DNA of 64,000 nucleotides from Escherichia coli (GCF_011045215.1 NZ_CP049201.1), one strand, 5' to 3'; positions 1 to 10,117 are shown, counted from the stretch's first letter. Notes: generated by a model from the sequence alone, not told the origin. Numbers and translations: made by a program.

Positions 1-3000
1 TGCAGCGGAACACGGCTCGTCGCTGGTGATCAGCGGCACCACCACCGCGCCCGTCGGGCAGACGCTGACCCTGACCTTAAACGGCAAAACCTACACCACC
101 ACGGTGCAGACGGGCGGTAGCTGGAGCTACACCCTCGGCAGCGCCGATGTCACCGCGCTGGCGGACGGCAACGCCTACGTGATTAACGCCTCGGTGAGCA
201 ATGCCATTGGCAATACCGGCAGCAGCAATCACACCATTACCGTCGATCTCAGCGCCCCGGCGATGGGTATTAATATCGATTCCCTGCAAGCCGACACTGG
301 CCTTAGCGCCAGCGACTTTATCACCAGCGTCAGTCCGGTGGTGGTCAACGGCTCGCTCACCGCCGCGCTTGCCAGTAACGAGACGGCGCAAATAAGTATC
401 GACGGCGGCACAACCTGGACCACGCTTACCGTTACCGGCACGACCTGGCGCTATAACGACAGCCGCACGCTGACCGATGGCAACTATCTCTATCAGGTGC
501 GGGTGATTGACGCAGCGGGCAACGTTGGCGCGACCGACAGCCAGAATGTGGTGATCGACACTACCGCGCCAGATCCCGCGGTGAAAACCATCGCCATCAG
601 CGCGATCACCACCGATACGGGCTTGATCACTAACGATTTTGTCACCAGCGACACGACGCTTGCGGTGAGCGGCACGCTGGGCGCGACGCTTTCTGCCGGT
701 GAGTTCGCGCAAATCAGTATCGATGGCGGCACCACCTGGCAGAATTTGTCGGTTAGCGGTTTGACCTGGAGCTATCTTGACGGGCGTACGCTGACCGATG
801 GCAACTACAACTATCAGGTGCGGGTTATCGACACTGCCGGAAATATCGGCGCGACCGCCAGCCAGATAGTCACTGTGGATACCACCGCGCCGCTGGCGAG
901 CAAAACCATCGCCATTGCGAGCATCAGCGATGACACCGGGTTAAGTAGCAGCGATTTTGTTACACGCGACACCACGCTGACCGTGCGCGGCACGCTCGGC
1001 GCGGCGCTTGCCGCCGATGAACGGGCGCAAATCAGCCTCGACGGCGGCGTTACCTGGACTACGTTAACCGTTATCGGCACCAGCTGGAGCTATGCCGATG
1101 GTCGCACGCTTACTGACGGCACCTGGAACTACACGGTGCGGGTGGTGGATCTGGCTGGGAACGTTGGGCAGACCGCAACGCAAAACGTGGTGGTCGATAC
1201 CACCAGCCCGGAAGCGGCGAAAAGTATCACCATTACCGGCATCAGCGATGACACCGGAACCAGCAGCAGCGATTTTATTACCAGCGACACCACGCTTACC
1301 GTGCGCGGCGTGTTGGGCGCGGCGCTCGGGGCTAATGAGTTCGCACAAATCAGTATCGACAACGGCGCAACCTGGGTGAATGTGACCGTTGCTGCAGATG
1401 GTCTGAACTGGAGTTATGTTGACGGACGCACGCTCACCAACGGCACCACCACCTGGCAGGTGCGGGTGGTCGATCTGGCGGGCAACGTTGGCGCAACCGG
1501 CAGCCAGTCGGCGCAGATCGATACCGTTAACCCGGCGCAGGTGTTGACCATCGCCAGCATCAGCACCGACACGGGGAGTTCGGCAACTGACTTTATCACC
1601 AGCGATACCTCGCTCACGTTGACCGGTTCGCTGGGAGCGGGGCTTGCCAGCGGCGAAGTGGCGCAGATTAGCCTTGATAGCGGCGCGACCTGGATCACGC
1701 TTACCACCAACGGCACGCAGTGGACTTACACCGACAGCCGCACGCTGACCGACGGCAGCTACGTTTATCAGGTGCGGGTGCTGGATCTGGCGGGGAACAC
1801 CGGCCCGGTGGTATCGAAAACGGTGGTGGTCGATACGATTAACCCTACCGCCACGCCAGGTATTGTGTCGTATACCGATGATGTCGGGCAGCGGCAGGGG
1901 ACATTAAGCAGTTCGCAGGCCACCGACGACACTACGCCGCTGCTGAACGGTGTACTTTCCGCGCCGCTTGCCAGCGGTGAAGTGGTCTATCTCTACCGTA
2001 ACGGCCTGCTGTTAGGTGCGGTGACGATGGTCGGCGCGCTGAACTGGACCTACAGCGACAGCGGGCTGGTGAGCGGTGCCTATACCTACAGCGCGCGAGT
2101 GGTGGATTTGGCGGGGAATATCACCTCCTCCAGTGATTTTGTCCTGACGGTCGATACCTCTATTCCGACCACGCTGGCGCAAATCACCAGCCAGACCACG
2201 CGCGATACTACGCCGATTATCAGCGGGGTGATCACCGCCGTGCTTGCCAGTGGGCAGTATGTTGAAGTGGTGATCAACGGCAAAACCTACACCTCTGAAC
2301 CGGGCGGCGCGGTAGTGGTCGATCCGGCGCACAACACCTGGTATGTACAGTTGCCGGATACCGATGCGCTGACAGTTTCCGCGACCGCCTATACCGTTAC
2401 TGCGCAGGTAAAAAGTTCGGCGGGTAACGGCAATAACGCCAATATTAGCAACGGCACGGTGACGGTTAACGCGGCGATTGATTACACACCGACCTGGACT
2501 ACCGCCAGCAAAACCACCGCCTGGGGGTTGACCTACGGCCTCGACTCGCACGGGATGTGGACGGTGCTGGCAAACCAGCAGGTAATGCAATCGACTGACC
2601 CACTCACCTGGTCGAAGACCGCGCTGACGCTGTATCAGAGCGGCAACAACTACGCCACCAGCTCCATTGCCGATTACGACCGTAACGGCACGGGCGATCT
2701 GTTTATCACCCGTGATGACTACGGTACGGGCTATATTAACGGCTTTACCAATAACGGCGATGGCACCTTTTCCAGCGCTATTCAGGTCACCGTCGGCACC
2801 CTGACGTGGTACGGCTCGATCGTGGCATTTGATAAAGAGGGCGACGGCTATCTCGACTTCTGGATTGGCGACGCGGGCGGGCCGGACTCCAACACCTTCC
2901 TGTGGAACAACGCAGGTACGCTGGTAGGTAACTCCACCACGTCGAACAGCGGCGGTAGCGCCACGGTGGGCGGGGCGGTGACGGGGTATCTTTCGCTCAA

Positions 3001-4648
3001 CGAAGGTTCTGGCGTCGATCTGAACAATGACGGCAGGATCGACCTGGTTCAGCACACCTACAACCTGAACAACTATTACACGCTATCTTCGCTCATCAAC
3101 CAGGGGAATGGGACGTTTGTCTGGGGGCAGAACACCACCAATACCTTCCTGAGCGGGGCGGGTAGTGGCGCTATGAGCAGCAGCGTTTCCATGACCTGGG
3201 CCGATTTCGATGGTGACGGCGATATGGATCTCTTCCTGCCCGCCAGCCAGGGAAGAGCTAACTACGGCTCGCTGTTATTCAACACCAACGGCGTACTGGG
3301 TAGCCCGGTGGCGGTGGGCGCAACGGCAACCACCTACGCCAGCCAGTTTAGCCTGGCGGTGGACTGGAACCATGACGGTCTGATGGATATCGCCCGTATC
3401 GCCCAGACCGGACAATCGTATCTTTACACCAACGTTGGTGGTGCCAGCAACTGGACGCAATCGGCCCTCGGCGGCAGCCAGAGCGGTACCACCAGCGGCG
3501 TGGCGGCAATGGACTACGACTGGGACGGCGCGGTGGATGTGCTGGTGACCAAACAGTCGGGCAGCGTGTTCCTGATCCGCAACACCAACACGGTGAGCTA
3601 CGGCACTTCGCTACACCTGCGCATCACCGATCCCAACGGCATTAACGTCTATTACGGCAATACCGTGAAGCTGTACAACTCGGCGGGAGTGCTGGTCGCC
3701 ACGCAAATCATCAACCCGCAGTCGGGTATGGGGGTTAACGACACCTCGGCGCTGGTCAACTTCTACGGGCTGAATGCCGGAGAAACCTACAACGCGGTGC
3801 TGATCAAATCCACCGGCACCACCGCCAGTAATATCGACCAGACGGTCAACACCAGCTGGGGCGGTTTACAGGCCACCGATGCCACTCACGCTTACGATCT
3901 CAGCGCTGAAGCGGGTACCGCGAGCAACAACGGCAAGTTCGTCGGCACCGGCTATAACGACACCTTCTTCGCCACCGCAGGCACCGACACTTACGACGGT
4001 TCCGGCGGCTGGGTGTACAGCTCCGGCACCGGAACGTGGCTGGCAAACGGCGGCATGGACGTGGTTGATTTCCGGCTTTCGACGGTGGGCGTGACGGCTA
4101 ACTTAAGCATCACCGCCGCGCAGGCCACCGGTTTTAACACCTCGACATTTACCAATATCGAAGGCATTTCCGGCTCGAATTTTAACGACACTCTGACCGG
4201 CAGCAGCGGCGATAACCAACTGGAAGGGCGCGGCGGCAACGACACGCTCAACATAGGCAACGGCGGCCATGACACCTTGCTCTATAAACTGCTTAACGCC
4301 AGTGACGCCACCGGAGGCAACGGCTCAGACGTGGTGAATGGCTTTACGGTAGGGACATGGGAAGGCACCGCCGACACCGATCGTATTGATATCCGCGAGT
4401 TGTTACAGGGCAGCGGCTACACCGGAAACGGCAAAGCCAGCTACGTCAACGGCGTAGCAACGCTGGATGCGCAGGCCGGAAACATCGGTGACTTTGTCAA
4501 AGTCACCCAGAGCGGCAGCGACACCATCGTGCAGATCGACCGCGACGGCACGGGCGGCACTTTTGCGACAACTAACGTGGTCACGCTGACGGGCGTGCAC
4601 ACCGACCTCGCCACTTTGCTGGCGAATCATCAGTTGATGGTGGTGTAG
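1..4648 (+). CDS. Giant Ig-like (Big) repeat adhesin secreted by type I secretion (BapA/SiiE-like), C-terminal portion; 5' end lies outside the window
   Basis: Frame open from nt 2, stop TAG at 4646-4648. About 105-aa repeats each ending in a DTTAP-like motif. Then FG-GAP/VCBS-like Asp-rich repeats (e.g. DYDRNGTGDLF, ADFDGDGDMDLF, VDWNHDGLMDI), degenerate RTX-like Gly/Asp motifs (GGNDTLNIGNGGHDTLLY) and an acidic C-terminal tail typical of T1SS substrates. Followed immediately by T1SS ABC and MFP genes. Confidence 0.8.
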   Translation, partial: AAEHGSSLVISGTTTAPVGQTLTLTLNGKTYTTTVQTGGSWSYTLGSADVTALADGNAYVINASVSNAIGNTGSSNHTITVDLSAPAMGINIDSLQADTGLSASDFITSVSPVVVNGSLTAALASNETAQISIDGGTTWTTLTVTGTTWRYNDSRTLTDGNYLYQVRVIDAAGNVGATDSQNVVIDTTAPDPAVKTIAISAITTDTGLITNDFVTSDTTLAVSGTLGATLSAGEFAQISIDGGTTWQNLSVSGLTWSYLDGRTLTDGNYNYQVRVIDTAGNIGATASQIVTVDTTAPLASKTIAIASISDDTGLSSSDFVTRDTTLTVRGTLGAALAADERAQISLDGGVTWTTLTVIGTSWSYADGRTLTDGTWNYTVRVVDLAGNVGQTATQNVVVDTTSPEAAKSITITGISDDTGTSSSDFITSDTTLTVRGVLGAALGANEFAQISIDNGATWVNVTVAADGLNWSYVDGRTLTNGTTTWQVRVVDLAGNVGATGSQSAQIDTVNPAQVLTIASISTDTGSSATDFITSDTSLTLTGSLGAGLASGEVAQISLDSGATWITLTTNGTQWTYTDSRTLTDGSYVYQVRVLDLAGNTGPVVSKTVVVDTINPTATPGIVSYTDDVGQRQGTLSSSQATDDTTPLLNGVLSAPLASGEVVYLYRNGLLLGAVTMVGALNWTYSDSGLVSGAYTYSARVVDLAGNITSSSDFVLTVDTSIPTTLAQITSQTTRDTTPIISGVITAVLASGQYVEVVINGKTYTSEPGGAVVVDPAHNTWYVQLPDTDALTVSATAYTVTAQVKSSAGNGNNANISNGTVTVNAAIDYTPTWTTASKTTAWGLTYGLDSHGMWTVLANQQVMQSTDPLTWSKTALTLYQSGNNYATSSIADYDRNGTGDLFITRDDYGTGYINGFTNNGDGTFSSAIQVTVGTLTWYGSIVAFDKEGDGYLDFWIGDAGGPDSNTFLWNNAGTLVGNSTTSNSGGSATVGGAVTGYLSLNEGSGVDLNNDGRIDLVQHTYNLNNYYTLSSLINQGNGTFVWGQNTTNTFLSGAGSGAMSSSVSMTWADFDGDGDMDLFLPASQGRANYGSLLFNTNGVLGSPVAVGATATTYASQFSLAVDWNHDGLMDIARIAQTGQSYLYTNVGGASNWTQSALGGSQSGTTSGVAAMDYDWDGAVDVLVTKQSGSVFLIRNTNTVSYGTSLHLRITDPNGINVYYGNTVKLYNSAGVLVATQIINPQSGMGVNDTSALVNFYGLNAGETYNAVLIKSTGTTASNIDQTVNTSWGGLQATDATHAYDLSAEAGTASNNGKFVGTGYNDTFFATAGTDTYDGSGGWVYSSGTGTWLANGGMDVVDFRLSTVGVTANLSITAAQATGFNTSTFTNIEGISGSNFNDTLTGSSGDNQLEGRGGNDTLNIGNGGHDTLLYKLLNASDATGGNGSDVVNGFTVGTWEGTADTDRIDIRELLQGSGYTGNGKASYVNGVATLDAQAGNIGDFVKVTQSGSDTIVQIDRDGTGGTFATTNVVTLTGVHTDLATLLANHQLMVV
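250..2160. repeat. Tandem ~315-bp repeats encoding the ~105-aa Ig-like domains inside the adhesin CDS
   Basis: Recurrent protein blocks (T.DTT.P...TIAI.SI..DTG...DF.TSDTTL...G.LGA.L...E.AQISIDGG.TW..L.V.G..WSY.DGRTLTDG.Y.YQVRV.D.AGN.G) at about 105-aa spacing; boundaries approximate. Confidence 0.7.
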
Positions 4649-4651
4649 ATA

Positions 4652-6814
4652 ATGAAAAAAAATGCCCAGTCCGTGGAAGCCTGGCTGGAGGCGATGATCG
4701 CCGTGGCGCGCTATTACCGCCTTGATTTTTCTCAGGAGAATGTGCGCGCGACCGTCAACTGGGAGCGCGACAGTAAGCGGGAGGAGTTACTCACCGACAT
4801 GGCGCGGCAGTTGGGAATGGGGTTACGGCTGGTGGAGTTTTCCGCCGATTCGCTTAACCCCTGGCGTCTGCCGCTGATCGCGGTGTTTGATAATCAGCAG
4901 ATTGGCGTGATCACCCGTCGCGATAATCACGACAATATCAGCGTTCAGTTCAGCGGTGACGAAGGGCTGGAAACTACACTTAACGTCGCGGATGTCGAGG
5001 ATAAAATCGTCGAACTGGCGCTGCTGCGCCCTCTCAGCGCCATCCCTGACGCGCGGGTGGATGACTATATTCGCCCGTATCAGGCGAACTGGTTCTGGAA
5101 CCTCTCGCTAAAAGACTGGCGGCGCTATGGCGATATTATGCTGGCGTCACTGGTGGCGAACGTGCTGGCGCTGGCAGCGATGATTTTCTCGATGCAGGTT
5201 TACGATCGGGTGGTTCCTGCGCAGTCCTATCCGACGCTATGGGTGCTTTTCGCCGGGGTGATGATGGCGATCCTGTTTGAGTTCTGTATGCGCATGGTGC
5301 GTACGCATCTTTCTGATGTGATCGGCAAGCGGGCGGATCTGCGTATTTCGGATCGCGTTTTTGGTCACGCATTACGGCTGAAAAACAACGTGCGATCGAA
5401 ATCCACCGGATCGTTTATCTCGCAGATCCGCGAACTGGAATCAGTGCGGGAGCTTATTACGTCCACCACCATCGGCGCGGTGGCGGACCTGCCGTTCTTC
5501 CTGCTGTTTGTTTTTATTCTGTGGATGATTGGCGGCTGGCTGGTGCTGGTGGTTTTGCTGGCGCTGCCGTTGCTGGTGATCCCCGGCCTGCTGGTGCAAC
5601 GCCCGCTGGCGCGGCTGGCGAACGAAGGGATGCGCGAGTCGGCGGTGCGTAACGCTACGCTGGTGGAAGCCGTGCAGTCGATTGAAGATATTAAGCTGCT
5701 GCGTGCCGAACAGCGTTTTCAGAATCAGTGGAATCACACCAATGATGTGGCCTCGTCCATCAGCATGAAGCAACGTTTTCTCACCGGGCTGCTGCTCACC
5801 TGGACCCAGGAAGTGCAATCCATCGTCTACGTCGTGGTGCTGCTAGTGGGCTGCTTTATGGTGATGAACGGCGACATGACCACCGGCGCACTGGTCGGGA
5901 CGACGATCCTGGCTTCGCGCACCATCGCGCCGCTGTCGCAGATATCCGGCGTGCTCTCGCGCTGGCAGCAGGCGAAAGTAGCACGTAACGGCCTGGATGA
6001 ACTGATGAAGCGCCCCGTGGATCAGCCGGAACACGGCAAACTGGTGCATAAAGCGGTGCTGCACGGTAATTATCAGTTCAGCAACGCTATCTTTTATTAC
6101 GACGAAGAAGAGAAGATTGCCGATGTAGCGATTGGCAAACTCAACATTCAGGCTGGTGAGAAAATCGCCATTCTCGGGCGCAACGGCGCGGGTAAATCGA
6201 CGCTACTGCAAATGCTCGCCGGAATGCGTATCGCCCAGCAGGGGCAGGTGTTGCTGGATAACATCAGTATCGGGCAGCTTGATCCGGCAGATCTGCGGCG
6301 CGACATGGGGCTACTCAGCCAGACCGGGCGACTGTTCTTTGGTTCGCTGCGGGAAAACCTCACCATGGGGATGCCGGAAGCCAGCGATGAAGATATCGAA
6401 CGCGCGTTAACCCTCAGCGGAGCGCTGCCCTTTGTGCAGAAGCAGAAAAACGGCCTCAACTACATGATTCAGGAAGGGGGATTTGGTCTCTCTGGCGGCC
6501 AGCGGCAAACGCTGCTGCTGGCGCGGCTTCTCATCTCTCAGCCGAATATCGTCCTGCTCGACGAACCCAGCGCCTCGCTGGACGAAATGGCAGAAGCGTA
6601 TTTAATCGAACAACTGAAACAGTGGATTGGGCATCGCACGCTAGTCATCGCCACTCACCGCACGGCGATGCTGCAACTGGTGGACCGCATTATCGTGATG
6701 GATCAGGGGCGGATTGTGATGGATGGCGCGAAAGAGGCTATTTTGCGTGAACAGAGCGAACCCACGGCGCGACGGGTGGTGTTGCAGGAGAAGAATAAGG
6801 GGTCTGCTGCATGA
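4652..6814 (+). CDS. Type I secretion system ABC transporter (HlyB/LapB family) with N-terminal C39-like domain
   Basis: 720 aa; Walker A GRNGAGKST, ABC signature LSGGQRQ, Walker B IVLLDEPSASLD; six-helix TMD; first ~130 aa contain no cysteine (C39-like, non-catalytic). ATG 3 nt after adhesin stop. Confidence 0.9.
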   Translation: MKKNAQSVEAWLEAMIAVARYYRLDFSQENVRATVNWERDSKREELLTDMARQLGMGLRLVEFSADSLNPWRLPLIAVFDNQQIGVITRRDNHDNISVQFSGDEGLETTLNVADVEDKIVELALLRPLSAIPDARVDDYIRPYQANWFWNLSLKDWRRYGDIMLASLVANVLALAAMIFSMQVYDRVVPAQSYPTLWVLFAGVMMAILFEFCMRMVRTHLSDVIGKRADLRISDRVFGHALRLKNNVRSKSTGSFISQIRELESVRELITSTTIGAVADLPFFLLFVFILWMIGGWLVLVVLLALPLLVIPGLLVQRPLARLANEGMRESAVRNATLVEAVQSIEDIKLLRAEQRFQNQWNHTNDVASSISMKQRFLTGLLLTWTQEVQSIVYVVVLLVGCFMVMNGDMTTGALVGTTILASRTIAPLSQISGVLSRWQQAKVARNGLDELMKRPVDQPEHGKLVHKAVLHGNYQFSNAIFYYDEEEKIADVAIGKLNIQAGEKIAILGRNGAGKSTLLQMLAGMRIAQQGQVLLDNISIGQLDPADLRRDMGLLSQTGRLFFGSLRENLTMGMPEASDEDIERALTLSGALPFVQKQKNGLNYMIQEGGFGLSGGQRQTLLLARLLISQPNIVLLDEPSASLDEMAEAYLIEQLKQWIGHRTLVIATHRTAMLQLVDRIIVMDQGRIVMDGAKEAILREQSEPTARRVVLQEKNKGSAA

Positions 6815-7986
6815 ACGGACAACTGCAATACAACCGTGGCCTGACTGAACCCCGCCTGCCGCGTTCGGCGCTGGCGGTACGCGTTACCGCTGTGATGCTG
6901 CTCTGTTTTCTCGGCTGGGCGTGGTACTTCCAGCTTGATGAAGTCACCACCGGCAGCGGCACGGTAGAACCTTCCGGGCGCGAACAGGTGGTGCAGTCGC
7001 TGGAAGGCGGAATTCTGTATCATCTGAACGTGAAAGTTGGCGATATAGTTGAACAGGGCCAGCCGCTGGCGCAGCTTAACCGCACTAAAACGGAATCCGA
7101 CGTCCAGGAAGCGATGTCGCGGCTGTACGCTGCGCTGGCAACCTCGGCGCGGCTGCGGGCGGAAGTGAGCAATAAACCGCTGGTCTTCCCTGACGAACTG
7201 AATAAATTCCCCGAACTTATCGAGTCGGAAACGGCGTTGTACAACACTCGCCGCGACGGGTTGAACAAAGCCACCACCGGGCTGACGCAGGGGATTAGCC
7301 TGGTCAACCGTGAACTGGCGATGACCCAGCCGCTGGTGAAACAGGGGGCGGCGAGCAGCGTCGAAGTGCTGCGCCTGCAACGCCAGGCCAATGAACTGGA
7401 AAACAAACTCAGCGACGTGCGCACGCAATACTACGTTCAGGCGCGCGAAGAGTTAGCAAAAGCCAATGCGGAAGTGGAAACCCAGCGTTCGGTGATCCGT
7501 GGACGGGAAGACTCTCTCACCAGGCTCAACTTTACCGCGCCGGTGCGAGGCATTGTTCAGGATATTGATGTCACCACGGTTGGCGGCGTCATCGCCCCCG
7601 GTGGTAAACTGATGACCATCGTGCCGCTGGATGAGCAACTGCTGATTGAGGCAAAAATCTCCCCGCGCGATGTGGCGTTTATCCATCCGGGGCAAAAATC
7701 GCTGGTGAAAATAACTGCCTACGATTACTCCATCTACGGCGGCCTGCCGGGAGAAGTAGCGGTGATATCACCAGACACCGTGCAGGATGAAGTGCGGCGT
7801 GATGTTTATTACTATCGGGTGTACATTCGCACTTTCAGCAACCATCTGGAAAATAAACATAAACAGCAGTTTCCGATATTTCCCGGTATGGTGGCGACGG
7901 TCGATATCCGCACCGGCAAAAAAAGCGTGCTGGATTATCTGTTGAAACCCTTTAACAAAGCACAGGAGGCGTTGCGCGAACGATGA
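6811..7986 (+). CDS. Type I secretion membrane fusion protein (HlyD family)
   Basis: 391 aa; N-terminal single TM segment, long coiled-coil region, C-terminal beta domain; ATGA overlap with the upstream ABC gene. Confidence 0.9.
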   Translation: MNGQLQYNRGLTEPRLPRSALAVRVTAVMLLCFLGWAWYFQLDEVTTGSGTVEPSGREQVVQSLEGGILYHLNVKVGDIVEQGQPLAQLNRTKTESDVQEAMSRLYAALATSARLRAEVSNKPLVFPDELNKFPELIESETALYNTRRDGLNKATTGLTQGISLVNRELAMTQPLVKQGAASSVEVLRLQRQANELENKLSDVRTQYYVQAREELAKANAEVETQRSVIRGREDSLTRLNFTAPVRGIVQDIDVTTVGGVIAPGGKLMTIVPLDEQLLIEAKISPRDVAFIHPGQKSLVKITAYDYSIYGGLPGEVAVISPDTVQDEVRRDVYYYRVYIRTFSNHLENKHKQQFPIFPGMVATVDIRTGKKSVLDYLLKPFNKAQEALRER

Positions 7987-8390
7987 ACATTAGCGATGTA
8001 GCAAAAATTACCGGCCTGACCAGCAAAGCCATTCGCTTCTATGAAGAGAAGGGGCTGGTGACGCCGCCGATGCGCAGCGAAAATGGTTATCGAACCTACA
8101 CGCAGCAGCATCTCAACGAATTGACCTTACTGCGCCAGGCGCGCCAGGTGGGCTTTAACCTGGAAGAGAGCGGCGAGCTGGTAAATCTGTTTAACGACCC
8201 GCAGCGTCACAGTGCCGACGTCAAACGTCGTACGCTGGAGAAGGTGGCGGAGATCGAACGGCATATCGAAGAACTGCAATCCATGCGCAACCAGTTACTG
8301 GCGCTGGCGAATGCCTGCCCCGGTGATGACAGTGCCGACTGCCCGATTATCGAAAATCTCTCCGGCTGCTGTCATCATCGGGCGGGGTGA
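7983..8390 (+). CDS. cueR: Cu(I)-responsive MerR-family transcriptional regulator CueR
   Basis: 135 aa; N-terminal MerR HTH ([25 protein letters not shown]), C-terminal metal-binding Cys pair (CPGDDSADC); sequence recognised as E. coli CueR. Confidence 0.9.
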   Translation: MNISDVAKITGLTSKAIRFYEEKGLVTPPMRSENGYRTYTQQHLNELTLLRQARQVGFNLEESGELVNLFNDPQRHSADVKRRTLEKVAEIERHIEELQSMRNQLLALANACPGDDSADCPIIENLSGCCHHRAG

Positions 8391-8393
8391 AAA

Positions 8394-8597
8394 TCAGTTA
8401 ATCCCCGTTTGCACTGAAAGAATATGCTGCAAACTTTCTATCATAATGCGCCCCGACTGAAATAAGCCTTCCTGGATTTCGTTGTTAACATTCACAGCGT
8501 GAACCAGGGAGGCTAATAATACTACTTGCAAGAAGGCAAAAATAAACGCACCGATAATCATAATATGCGTCAGGGGTATTTTACTTTGCTCCTTCAT
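8394..8597 (-). CDS. Small predicted membrane protein (67 aa), translationally coupled to the upstream lipoprotein gene
   Basis: ATGA start/stop overlap with the lipoprotein gene at 8594-8597; one hydrophobic helix (IMIIGAFIFAFLQVVLLASLV). No recognised homolog. Confidence 0.4.
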   Translation of the reverse strand: MKEQSKIPLTHIMIIGAFIFAFLQVVLLASLVHAVNVNNEIQEGLFQSGRIMIESLQHILSVQTGIN

Positions 8598-9016
8598 TTT
8601 AAATAACCCACAAACTGGCCTTCTTTCATTAAGGCGACTTTTCCTGTGTGATGATAAACAATGACGTTATACAGACCTGACTGATAAACAGTGGCATCTT
8701 TATTGTCTTCATCAATTGCACATAATGAATCATTGAGATAAGCAAAGTTTTTACTGCTCATTCTAAAGGTCATGCCAAATCCTTTATAAATGGCTTTCTT
8801 TGCCGCCTGGGCGTGTTGTGCGGCTTCTGCATTTTTAAATGCCTGTGCCTCGGATGCACTTAAAATAGCCGTCTGGCGCTGCTGTTCTGCGAGATAACAG
8901 GTGTCATGGCTGACGCCCTGCGCCTGGCAATCTGCGATGCGGGAAGTGGGTGAACTACAGCCAGCCAGTAATATAACCGCCAGCAGGGAAAACGATTTAA
9001 TGGAGCTATTCATCAT
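8594..9016 (-). CDS. Lipoprotein (140 aa) of unknown function
   Basis: Signal peptide with lipobox LLAGC; located directly downstream of the YadA-like gene on the same strand. Confidence 0.7.
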   Translation of the reverse strand: MMNSSIKSFSLLAVILLAGCSSPTSRIADCQAQGVSHDTCYLAEQQRQTAILSASEAQAFKNAEAAQHAQAAKKAIYKGFGMTFRMSSKNFAYLNDSLCAIDEDNKDATVYQSGLYNVIVYHHTGKVALMKEGQFVGYLK

Positions 9017-9100
9017 TGTTAACCTTAAATAATGTACAAATTAATGAAGAGGTGAACCCGGCAAGCTTCCTTGCTCTTATTTATATTGAGGATTGAAATA

Positions 9101-10117
9101 TTAGAACGAATATCCCACGCCGACACCTGCGCCGAAATCAGATTGTGTATCCGCAGAAATACCGGCTTTAAGTACCGTATGCGTTCCGGCATTAAATGAT
9201 GTTCCGACAGACACCGCAGATTCACCGTTGAAGGTTCCCGCTCCCGCTGACACCATCATCACGTCACCGGTTTTCACCTGTGGTTGTGAGGCGATAGCGA
9301 TGGCAGATGCAGTTCCCGCATTGGCTTCTTTACGATTGTCATCAACTTCGTTTTTCAGCGAATCGAAATGGTTATTGAGCGTGTTAATTTGCTGGCTGTT
9401 ATCAGCGACCCGGTTTTGGGTGTTGGTTAACTGTTGCTGCGTTTGGGTTACGTCTTGTGACAGGCTGTCAATTTGTTCATGTGCCTGGGCAGACTCCTGC
9501 GCCAGACTTTGCATTTGTTTATCGTATTGAGTCCTTTCATTTTGCTGTTGTACTGCCACATCGGTTGTCAGCGCATTCATTTTCTGCCCTTGTTCAGTGG
9601 CGGTGCGCTGATTAGCCTCATTTTGAGCCGCCAGTCTGGCATTAATCATTTCCTGATAATGCGCGGTATTTTGCGTATCTCCAGTCGCGGCGAGCGTTTT
9701 TTGTGTGGCTACGATCTGCGCCTGTTGCTCTGTAATTTGCGTTTGCTGGGCGTCAGTTACCGCAGACTGTCGGGCGTTGATCATGCTCTGATAACGGGCA
9801 GTTGTCTGTACATCACCTGTAGCGGCAACGGTTTTTTGTCCTGCGTCAGGATCTGTCTGGACAGTGGGAGTCTGAGTGGTATCAGGTGTTTCAGAAGGGA
9901 TGTAGTGATGTTCAGTCAAATAGGTATACGCAGCGGGGCTGTTGTCTGTGCGTTCTAAAAAGCGGGTAATCTTCTGCTCAATCTCCGATTGCGACATGCC
10001 AGAGTTAATGGCTGAAAGCTCTGTTGCCGCCGCTTCAATGGTATCACCAGCTAAAACAACAGGGCTGGATGTTGCTGAAATTATGAGTGCCAGTAAAGCT
10101 ACGTTTACAGTTTTCAT
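9101..10117 (-). CDS. Miniature trimeric-autotransporter-like outer membrane protein (signal peptide, coiled-coil stalk, YadA-like C-terminal anchor)
   Basis: 338 aa. Signal peptide MKTVNVALLALIISATSSPVVLA. Gln-rich heptad-like stalk with two ~45-aa internal repeats. C-terminus GTASAIAIASQPQ...GAGVGVGYSF closely resembles the YadA membrane anchor as recalled and ends in an aromatic residue. Confidence 0.65.
   Translation of the reverse strand: MKTVNVALLALIISATSSPVVLAGDTIEAAATELSAINSGMSQSEIEQKITRFLERTDNSPAAYTYLTEHHYIPSETPDTTQTPTVQTDPDAGQKTVAATGDVQTTARYQSMINARQSAVTDAQQTQITEQQAQIVATQKTLAATGDTQNTAHYQEMINARLAAQNEANQRTATEQGQKMNALTTDVAVQQQNERTQYDKQMQSLAQESAQAHEQIDSLSQDVTQTQQQLTNTQNRVADNSQQINTLNNHFDSLKNEVDDNRKEANAGTASAIAIASQPQVKTGDVMMVSAGAGTFNGESAVSVGTSFNAGTHTVLKAGISADTQSDFGAGVGVGYSF

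Noticed and set aside
2012-3055. 347-aa ORF on the minus strand inside the adhesin gene (and similar long antisense ORFs at 77..712, 6703..7428, 38426..39118, 39956..40642, 43355..44041, 44038..44706)
   Set aside because: Entirely antisense to well-supported genes in GC-rich DNA; products are Arg/Gly-rich low-complexity with no SD. Typical spurious antisense ORFs.
9228-9958. Plus-strand ORFs (100 and 161 aa) overlapping the YadA-like gene
   Set aside because: Antisense to a gene with signal peptide and conserved anchor; Cys/Leu-rich junk translation.
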